DNA of 63,808 bases, counting the filler, from Welwitschia mirabilis (lineage: Eukaryota): NCBI GenBank assembly GCA_051453625.1. It is 5 parts of one record of this genome, joined end to end, with 100 filler letters (N's around TTAATTAATTAA, not from the genome) between each part and the next. Parts side by side here need not be neighbours in the genome. Positions count along the whole stretch, not along the records: positions 47,719 to 61,064 come from JBOZIK010000001.1; positions 61,165 to 63,808 come from JBOZIK010000001.1; 3 more parts are not named here. One strand, given 5' to 3'. The position numbers and the translations under genes are program-made. The notes under the pieces are model-generated. The model searched no databases, had not been told where the DNA came from, and saw only the letters and a list, made by a program, of their open reading frames with translations. Every line of letters starts with the position of its first letter. Positions within the stretch are counted from its first letter, which is position 1. This document shows positions 53,950 to 63,808 of the stretch, piece by piece.

Positions 53950-56859
53950 AATGATTTCTTTAGTAGTATGCAGATAAGCTTAAAACCTTGAACCATTGAG
54001 TCTCCTATGTCAGAAATTTCATCAATCACTTCAACTTCCTCTACTGCATCAAAGACCCTAACATTAAATTTTGATTTCCAAAGGCTAAAGTTATCATTCT
54101 AGTTCGAGTGTATATGATGCAATGGGTTGTTGCATAAAAGGCGCTTCCTAAACTTAGTGGATATCCTCCTCCTTTGGCTACTTGAAGAACTACAAAATTG
54201 GAAGATAAAAACCTTTATCAATTTGGAGAACAAGATCCTTGATACTACCTACTAGTTTACCAATTGAAGTGTCAACCAATTCAAGAATAATATCAGTTGG
54301 TCGTATTCTTCCTTCAAGTTGCAACCGTTTAGCTATGTGAAGGGGCATGACATTCACATTTGCTCCTACATCAATAAGGCACTTCCTTACCTTTTTACTT
54401 CCCTCCAAGGTCACACTAATTATAGCTACTCCTAGATCTTTGTATTTATCTTTGTATTTAGGTGCCTCACTGGCTAGGAATGATGTTGTACTTTGGGCCA
54501 TAAAGACTTTCTTTAGTGTGGCTCTATTCTTTCTTCTAGTAACTAAATTTTTCTACACCTTATCATATTGATTGCTATCTTTAAGGATTTTTCAAAGAGG
54601 AAGGTTAATGTTGACTCCCTTCATTAATTCTTTCAAGTATTCATCGTATACGATGGTAGGTTTCAAACACTTCATCCAAGGCATAGGCTCCACATCAATT
54701 TTCCTTTTACCATTATCGTCAGTTGTGGAGACTGTAGATTCCTTATCAACTTTGCTTTTGCCCTTACTGTAGGATGTGGATGAGGTAGGTTGGTCTAGTT
54801 GGGTTGGCGGATAAATTTCCTCAACCTAATCTTCACTCTTTTCTTTTTCCTCCTGTGTATGTAAGTAGTTGGGATTAGTGTTCCTCCCACTTCGAGTTAC
54901 AATGTTGTAGATCTTCACATTGTTTTTTTTTGCATAAGGTTGAGAGGGAATGGTCCTTTGCTTTCATTTATCACAAAGAATTGCTTGTTGCATGATACCT
55001 AACATCTTCTCCATGTTTTTGTTGGTTTCTAGATTTTCCTTANNNNNNNNNNNNNNNNNNNNNNNNNNNNNNNNNNNNNNNNNNNNNNNNNNNNNNNNNN
55101 NNNNNNNNNNNNNNNNNNNNNNNNNNNNNNNNNNNNNNNNNNTGTGTATGTAAGTAGTTGGGATTAGTGTTCCTCCCACTTCGAGTTACAATGTTGTAGA
55201 CCTTCACATTGTCTTTGTTTGCATAAGGGTGAGAGGGAATGGTCCTTTGCTTTCATTGGTCACAAAGAATTGCTTGTTGCATGATACCTAACATCTTCTC
55301 CATGTTTTTGTTGGTTTCTAGATTTTCCTTCACCATGTTTTCTAGAGTAACTTTCAACGTGTCCTGTTCAAATGAATTATAGGAATTANNNNNNNNNNNN
55401 NNNNNNNNNNNNNNNNNNNNNNNNNNNNNNNNNNNNNNNNNNNNNNNNNNNNNNNNNNNNNNNNNNNNNNNNNNNNNNNNNNNNNNNNTGGTTTCTAGAT
55501 TTTCCTTCACCATGTTTTCTAGAGTAACTTTCAACGTGTCCTGTTCAAATGAATTATAGGAATTATCTCTTGAGTAATAAGGCGTTGAATTATTGTAAGA
55601 TACCTTGGAGGATTATTAGGAAATTTTGAAATCAAGTATTAAAGGCCTTCTTAAAGTTTCCTGTTGGTGACGGATTTGTTTGAGCATTGAAGGCACACAC
55701 TTCCTCATAAATAATCTCCTTACACGTTGATAATGCAGGGCATTGTTTAGTTGTATGCTCATTCCCTTTGCAAAGACAACAAGCAACAACATGCGTTTTG
55801 GATGTGGAAGGTTTGTCATGATCCTTCACCACTTTAGATCTTTAAGATTTGAAGACACTTCTTTCAAGGTTCAACTAGAAGTTTCAATTAAAGATAGAAC
55901 ATCAGGAGTGGATGAAGTAGATGGTGAGTAGTCCACAGCCTTTAAAATCTTTCATTAGTTCCCTCATTGTTTTAGTTCGAGGTCTTGATTTAGTGGTGGG
56001 CCAACTTTTACTCATTTCACGTATTTGTTCTAACTTTGCCCAAGTAGTTGTAGGTTCCTTATCAAAAATGTTTTCCCCACTAGCAAAGGCAACTATTTGT
56101 CTAGTACATGAGTTTGGGTCCCTCAAGGACGTAACCTACAACCTAATAGGGTTGGAATTTGTTACTAGCATTTTGAGTAACATAGTCAATGAAGCATTCA
56201 AATGCTGCATAAAAATCCTCCTCATCCTTTTGTTTAAATCCACTAACTTGCTTTCTTAACTCCTGATTTCGTTGGCTCGTCATATACCTCCCTATAAAAG
56301 TTATGCACATATCATCCCAAGAGCCGATACTTTGGTTGGGCAACAAATTGAACCACATCTTAGCTTTCTCTCTAAGGGTTAAAGGGAAAACTTTCAAAAA
56401 AGTTCTATCACCTACATTTTTCCTTGCAACTTTTGCTATTTGCTCAATTTCTATTAGATAGCTATAGGGAACCTCATGACCATGTCCATGGAAAGTTGGG
56501 TAGATAGACAGGTTTCGAATTTCGGCATCCTCTCCGTCTGGTAGTTGAATGGGATTGTTTGATCGATTCTTGCGATTTAAAAGTAGATCCCTTATGGAGA
56601 TAGTTGGAATATTGGGAGAGCTCATTGAGGTATTTAAAGCTGACCCTTGTTGAGAAAAAGGTAGAAAAGCAAAGGTGTCCCAAGTTTCCTTGCCCAAGCC
56701 ATGAATTGTGGTATATTGAGAGCTAGCATGAGCTTCTTCGTTTTCCAAATAGAATTCAGAAGGAGGGGAAGTTTTAGAGGAGTCTTTCTGTGCTTCATGT
56801 TGGTATTGAAACAGCCCTTCTTTGATGTTGTCTCTCATTAATCTCAAATCATTGTTCAA
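53950..56859 (-). pseudogene. Athila-like gag-protease pseudogene (element E)
   Basis: ORF 56143-56859 (YPTFHG, FPLTLREKAKMWFNLLP, SWDDMC..F). Cys/His knuckle CCLCKGNEHTTKQC. Protease KYKDLG..CLIDVGANVNVMP (54190-54501). Confidence 0.92.
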
Positions 56860-57373
56860 AACTCAAGGCATATGAAGTCATGGAATGATGTGCCTATTGT
56901 TGTTAGACAAAACCACACAACAAAAACTAGCACATGTAATTCACTCAATGCAAAGCGTAGGAGTACACAAGCCTCAATCACCAAGATCGTATAGGATACG
57001 TCTCTCAAACTTCCTCTAGACGCAAGGTGTAGGAGTGCACAAGTCCTCAATCATCACTATCATACAAAGTGGTATTGGAAAGACGTCCAAACGTAAGGTG
57101 TAGGAGAACACAAGGTTTCAATCACCAGACTTGCATTGGTGAGTATTATTCAAAATCAAAATATAAAAACAATGTAATTTAAGAAGAGAAAAAAACTATG
57201 GAAAGATAGCGTAATCGAACTCAAAAGAGTTTGTAGACCAATCTCTTCCTTAATTCAATACCATGTTCACCAAAACACAAACAAATAGAACAATCTCAAC
57301 TTACTTGTAGCTTTGGGTAAAGGTCTTTTTGTCTCAAAGGTCCTGCTTGGCTTCCCAGGTAATGATGCCAAAA

Positions 57374-58342
57374 TGTTAAGGGGGTTTCTCTTAGCCTTGT
57401 TCAATTGTACATTTCCATCTCGAAATATTTCTCTCGAGTGTCATATTCAATGAAGTCAAGAGGTTAGAGACAAGAAGAACTGGGGGAGTGAGGCGAGGAA
57501 GGAGAAGGGGTTTTGGGGGAAAAAGAGATAAGAATCAGTGCTGCAAGAATGTTAAATTATAAAAATAATAAATAACTATGCAATTTACTATGTAGGTCAC
57601 TAATGAGTTTTTAGTTGGTTGTCACCAACCTAGTCTCAAACCATGTATCAACACAAACAATTAGTATATCAACACACAATTTGAGAATTGTCCAGAGAAA
57701 ATTTATTTAAGCCAAATATTCGTAACACATGACTTTACATTGAGTGGTGAACACAAGAGTCTCACACCAACTAACAAGTAAAGGCAAGGGGTTCCATTTC
57801 CATTTTCCCTTCTCAATGGCTCTATGTCCTTCCCAAATACTTGTACCATGTTATTTAGGAATCCAAAAAGTTCCTTAAGCAAGAAGAAACTCCTTGCTTT
57901 AAAGCTTTCTTAATAAGTTAGGAGGTTGCTAAGTCGGTTAACATAGAACCACTACGATTGCTATATGAGTTGCTAGGCAACCTGTAAGTTGTCATAGTTT
58001 TAGCTTGTAATAATAGGATGTTACTGGGTCATCATTAGGCGATGGTATGTGGCGATAGTTTTAGCTTGTGATAGTAGAAGGCATCATTGGGTTGTCCCTA
58101 GGTAATCGCTGGGTCGTCGCTGGGTCATCGCTAGGCGATTATGTTGCTATAGTTTCATTGCTACTTTCATCAGTAGGCAGTTGCAAGTAGCGATAGTTTT
58201 GTCAGTGCCTAGTTTTTGCATTCTTTGAGTCCAATCGTGATTTGAACTTATCATGTCTTCTTTCGAAACATATAACCTCATAAAACACTTGACATTTCCA
58301 CCATTTATACATTCTATATGCCTCATTTTTTTATGTCTATCA
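57374..58342 (-). repeat. 5' LTR of element E with adjacent PBS
   Basis: TG at 57374 and CA at 58342. PBS-like TGGCATCATTACCTGGGA on the minus strand at 57353-57370. Internal GGGTCATCGCTAGGCGAT repeats. Confidence 0.7.
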
Positions 58343-59516
58343 AAGGGGTAGAAGGCAGACAGGTGATGAGGAATTCCACACCCTACTCATGGAATCTAAC
58401 TAGATTTCATGCCTAGTGTAGGGTTGGGGAAGGAGAGCGAAGAGATGACAAGAAGAAGGTAGGGTGAAGAAAAAAGAGAGAAAAGAGAGAGGATAAGAAG
58501 AGGAAGAGGAAAGTGAGAAAGAAAACAGTAGGCAGAGTCAAGTTTCAAAGGCAACTTGGAGTTGGTCATCAGAGATTGATGGCTTAAAGTTAAGAGCGTA
58601 GCCAACATCCAATTCTTCTTCTCTATGAGCCAGTCGAGGCTGGGGACTATATGGTTTTGGATGAGGGGGGATGAGGACTAGAGAAGGACTCTCATGCTAT
58701 AAGACCTAATATTGAGAAGCCTAGAGGAGGTTAGGAAAAGGAGGTGAATGAGTTAATAAGTGAGAGAAGAGGATGGTAGAGAAGAGAGAATGAAAGTGGG
58801 TTCGAGGTACGATTCTAGATAGGTGAGGTAGTTAGAGGATGTCTTGTTGTCAAGTAAGAAGGTCGGAGACCTAGACTAAATGCAAATCCTAGAGTAGAGA
58901 GACATGGAACTAGGTTCCAATTTGACCTCTAAAACTGGCCTAAAGGCCAAAGCTAGGTAAGAGAAGGAAGGGACCAGACAAACTGGATTCCACAACCTGG
59001 GCATGGAATCTGACTAAAGTCCATGCAAAGAGAAGAGGGAGAAAGGAAGAGGTGGGGGATACGAAGAAAGAAGAGAAGAAGAAAGAAAAGAAGGACAAGA
59101 AAGAAGGGGAAAAAGAAAGAAAGAAGGAACAGAAAAGAGAACGAAGGAAGGAAGAAAAGAGGAAGGATAAAGGCAAAGTGGGAAAGAAGGTTACATAAGA
59201 TTCAAAAAGGGGTTCCCTAGTATCTCGCGGTCGGGTTGGTATCCAACAGTTAGAAACAACAAAATTGCAATTTGCTTTGTGGCAACACTAATGTGATATT
59301 CTTAGCACCATAGTTTTAAAAACCAAATCACAATCATGATTCTAGTGATTATGGACTACAATATGATCAAACAAAGTTAGAATCACATCAAAATGGTGAT
59401 TCCTAAGAATCTTGCTTTAATCACAGTGGGAATTGGAAATTCAACACAATTCTAGTGATTCCAACAATTCTGGTGATTCTTGGCTTCCTAGAATCCCGAT
59501 GTTGAGAAATAACATC

Positions 59517-60190
59517 TGTTAGGATCGTAGAAGCACCCCTAGAGAGGGGGTGAATAGGGTAATTTTAAAATTATTGTAAAATATGGATATAAACCTAAAT
59601 ATTCACAATTAACATGATATACAATATTAAACAAGAGAATACACTATAAATAATGCACAATAAACAAAGAGCAATGCACCAGATTTATAGTGGTTTGGCA
59701 ATCCTTACCTACTCCACTCACAGGAGGCAGTAACGTGCTTTCAGCTTTGTGGTTCCCTTATCAAAATACCAATCTCTTCGGGTAGCACCTTTTCTCAAGG
59801 TTACNNNNNNNNNNNNNNNNNNNNNNNNNNNNNNNNNNNNNNNNNNNNNNNNNNNNNNNNNNNNNNNNNNNNNNNNNNNNNNNNNNNNNNNNNNNNNNNN
59901 NNNNNATCAGCAATAAAGGTACATAAAGAATTTCTTCTTCAATAGATCACGTAGTGAGGGCATTCAGAAGAATTACAGAGATAATTTTCAACAATGTGGG
60001 AACAGTAACCATTCTAAGAGATTTTAAATGGCTTATATAGACTTGTTAAGAAAAATAGTTGTTGGATCCTTTAGATTGGATCCCTAACCGTTAAATTACT
60101 GTTATGGACGTTTAAACCACATCCCAAAGGAGTTCTAACCGCTGCCCAAGACATTTACTCTTGAAAACCGTGTCGTTCTGACGAGTACAA
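59517..60190 (-). repeat. SIRE-like LTR fragment
   Basis: TGTTAGGATC..AGAGGGGGTGAATAGG terminus, and GATTTATAGTGGTTTGGC..CCTACTCCACTC motif shared with 20134-20170. Gapped. Confidence 0.75.
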
Positions 60191-60290
60191 NNNNNNNNNN
60201 NNNNNNNNNNNNNNNNNNNNNNNNNNNNNNNNNNNNNNNNNNNNNNNNNNNNNNNNNNNNNNNNNNNNNNNNNNNNNNNNNNNNNNNNNN

Positions 60291-61064
60291 AGTGAGTTTT
60301 AGTGATTTTTCCTTTAAGACACGATTCACACACTTTTGCTTGGTCAAGGCTAAGATTAGGAACTCCTCTCACAATCTCTTTTGAGACAATTCTTGACAAG
60401 TCCTTAATGTCGATGTGTCCCAATCTCTTGTGCCATAGATTAATATCATCATTTTTAGCAAAGTAGCAATCTCCCCTCATTTGGGGGTTGATTTTGCCAA
60501 TTACACACATACATCTTGATCGATTGCTTGTAAGCACAATCTTGTCAGAGACAGCATTTCGAATCACGCACTTGTCTTGATAAAAGGAAACAACATAGAC
60601 TCTATCACAAATGTGAGAAATGCTTAAAAGACTGTGTTTTAGACCATTGACAAGATAAATGTCATGAATNNNNNNNNNNNNNNNNNNNNNNNNNNNNNNN
60701 NNNNNNNNNNNNNNNNNNNNNNNNNNNNNNNNNNNNNNNNNNNNNNNNNNNNNNNNNNNNNNNNNNNNNGAATCATGCACTTGTCTTGATAAAAAGAAAC
60801 AACATTGCCTCTATCACAAATTTGAGAAATTCTTAAAAAACTGTGTTTTAGACCATTGACAAGATAAATGTCATGAATCGTTGGATGATTATCATTTACA
60901 CTCACAACCCCCTTGCCGACAATCAAGCCTTTACTGTTATCCCCAAAAGTTACTTCTCCACTGTTGTAATCTTCAAAAGATGTGAGAAGATTCTTATCTT
61001 CAGTCATGTGCCTAAAGCACTCACTATCTAAGTACCATCTAGAGTGATCTTATGCCTTGAAAGC
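60291..61064 (-). pseudogene. Copia protease / GAG-pre-integrase fragment
   Basis: WYLDSECFRHMT, VTFGDNSKG, LVNGLKHSLLSIS, LWHKRLGH, CESCLKGK. Confidence 0.92.
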
Positions 61065-61165
61065 NNNNNNNNNNNNNNNNNNNNNNNNNNNNNNNNNNNN
61101 NNNNNNNNTTAATTAATTAANNNNNNNNNNNNNNNNNNNNNNNNNNNNNNNNNNNNNNNNNNNNC

Positions 61166-63808
61166 CGATCTTCATTTGTAATACATACTTGGTTGTATCC
61201 GTTACACCCATCAAGGAAATAGTAGAATGCGTGTCTTTGTATTCCATCCAATACTTGATTAAGAAAAGGAAGAGGGAAATGATCCTTTTTAGTTACTTCA
61301 TTAAGTTTTCAGAAGTCTATGCATACTCTCCACTTATCACCTTTCTTAGGTACTATAGTTAATGGGCTAATCTACTCACTATCGCTTATAAGGTAAATGA
61401 TGTCAGCATCTAAAAGTTTAATAATCTCATCCTTAATCATTTTTTTTAGTGCTAGATTTAAACATATTTAAGGTTAACTTATGGGTTTTGAATTGTTCTC
61501 TAGGTATATCTTGTGTTACATAATATGTGGAGGAATAGGAGATAGGTCCTTATGACTCCAAGAAAAAGATTCAGATTTAGATGTAAGAAGTGATACTAAT
61601 GCTTGCTCAGCTTTGGGGTGAAGATGGCTACTAATGATTAGTGAATTTTTAGGGTTGTTATTGATAAAAATGTATTTCAATCCATTTTTAAGCTCCTTCA
61701 AATTCATTTTAGAGTTGACTTCTTCATGTCTATTCGAGGTTGCATAACCATCCTTATCAAACGCTGTCTCCATGGATTTTACTTCTTCAATATCTTGGGT
61801 TGTGATGTTCTCAAATGTTTATTCCATCAAAGGTTCTATATCACTATCAAGTTCATAAGGGTTGACGGAGTTAATACTATCTAAGATTATTGAGAATTCC
61901 TTCATATCATCAAAAAGAGTTGGTTGTTCATGTGTGAGGGCCTTTAATTCAAGTGAATGGTGAGCTATAAATATTATTGATCTAATATCTTTACTTAGTT
62001 CATCATTTAGATCCCTTGTGTCCTTTTCTACTATATTGAAGACTTGAACTTGAATCTTTTTACTACCTGTGTGAAGTTGCATGGTTCATCTCTAGTATCT
62101 ATAATATAGTAGGTAGTAGCACAAAAAGCTATACCTAAAAGTAAGCGGTATTCACCATTGTGATTAATTTCAATAATTATGACAGTAATGGGTAGTAGAC
62201 TTTCTCTATTTTGATAATCAAATCTTTAATAATTCCAAGTGACTTTCTTAATGTTGAATCAGCCATTTCTAAAACAATTATTATTGGCTTAATTTGATTT
62301 TCTAATCTAAACTTTTTACAAATATGGAGGGTCATTATGTTCACACTTGTACCTATGTCAATAAGAATCTTCTTAACCTTGGTGTTGCCTTCTAAGATCA
62401 CACTAATGGTTGTTGCCCTTGGATTTTTGAATTTTAAACATTTTTGCATCACCAAGTTGGCCATGGATTGGGATAAAAACACTCTACTTGGTAAAGTATG
62501 TTTTCTCCTATAAAGTTACTTCTATACTTTGGCATACTTAGGGTTGTCTTTAAGTATGTGCCAAAATGATAGTGTGACATTGACATCCTTCATAATTATT
62601 TTGATGTACTCATCATAAGTTGAATTAGAGTTGAGTCTATCTAACCAAGGGGTAAGATGTTTTCTTCTTTTACTTGATATTTTATTCTTGTTTATTGAAG
62701 TGGAAGTGGAAGGAAAGTGCTTCTCATCAAGGATTTCTACATCTTCATCCTTTTTTCTTTTAATGTTATCACTTGTAGATAGTTCTTCAGTTGTAGTAGT
62801 AGTGCCTTTTCAAGTGACTATCTTCCAATCTTTCTTCACATCATTGGGGTTAGGCAATGTGTTAGAAGCTAATGTGCCTTGTGGTCTTTGGTTGGCTAAT
62901 ATAATTTGTTACATAATTCCAGCTAAATCTTATATACTTTTCTGAGTTTGCTTAATACTTTTATGTGTTTGTTCATAAATGCTTCTTATCTCTATCATAG
63001 CTTCCTTAATTAGATCCTCTTTGTATTGATTGTATTCTTCATATCTTAGGTTATATGGTTGTTTAAAGGAGGGTTTATACTCAGGTTTAAATGAAGGACC
63101 TGGTTGATGATAAGGATTTTTCTCATTATGATAAGGTCCTTTGTAGTGATTAGGGTCTGATTTATTGGCATATACACTTCTTCCTTTACTACTTCCTTCA
63201 TGATTGATCAAAATGGACATTCAGTAACTAAGTGGTTTTATTCACGTAATTCATAAGTAGGAGTTAATGTAGTGTGGGCTTTTGCTAATTTTACCTTTTG
63301 GATTTCTTTCACCATTATCCTTACAAATGGGTTGTCCCTATCACTACTATCTTCATCTTCATACATGAGTTATTTTTGTTTTCCCTCTCGATGTTTGACA
63401 TGATGGATTTTCATCAAAGATTGTTCAAAGGTTTTATTTTCTCTAGGCTCAAGGCATGCTTAGCTAAGTTTAAATAAGTCTTATAAATATTGTTATGTTT
63501 CATTAGTTGTATGTTGAAATAAACTCTCTCCATTAGAAAGATCTACATTTGTTTTGTTGCACTAGTAAAGCCACTATAGAAATGGTAAATTAACTCTTCT
63601 TGTTGAAATTCATCTATGGAATTAGCTAAAACTAAAATTAGAAATTTTTCCCAAGATGAAGCATAATCCTCATTGTCTTTTTGTTGAAAATTTGTTATCT
63701 CATGATGTCTTTGTCTAAAAGTGTTTTTACTCAAGAATCATTTGATAAAGCTTTCTTTGATAGCCTTCCAAGTTTTGAGACTTTTATGGGGTAAAGTTTT
63801 AAGCCATT
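61166..63808 (-). pseudogene. Athila-like gag-protease-RT pseudogene (element F, runs off the window end)
   Basis: gag WLKTLPHKSLKTW and FYSG. Protease ILIDIGTSVNIM. RT WRVCIDF*KLNEVTKKDHFPLPF..FLDGCNGYNQV. Confidence 0.93.

Noticed and set aside
59023-59220. Arg/Lys-rich ORF and its Phe/Ser-rich antisense ORF
   Set aside because: By-products of a low-complexity purine tract, with no domain evidence.

Overview
This is AT-rich plant-type genomic DNA from a gapped draft assembly. It has many N runs, four artificial 44N-TTAATTAATTAA-44N spacers, and duplicated sequence flanking several gaps. The window is almost entirely nested, decayed LTR retrotransposons. I see no intact host gene, RNA gene or CRISPR array. 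1-21.9 kb: a minus-strand Copia/SIRE(Sirevirus)-like element with gag, protease and an env-like ORF but apparently no IN/RT/RH. It is split by a 14.4-kb plus-strand, three-LTR SIRE-like complex (TSD CTACT) and by a solo LTR of its own family (TSD CCCTT). 23-46 kb: Athila-like Ty3/Gypsy copies, including a tandem array whose middle LTR has a PBS on one side and a PPT on the other. 46-64 kb: further SIRE-like and Athila-like fragments. The most notable feature is a 2.15-kb non-autonomous LTR element (51248-53399, minus strand, ~250-bp LTRs, iMet PBS, PPT, TSD GTTTC). Its interior holds a captured, pseudogenised cytochrome P450 3' fragment (PERF and FGAGKRMCVG haem motifs). All calls come from reading and hand-translating the sequence; no searches were run, and lineage names rest on motif recognition.
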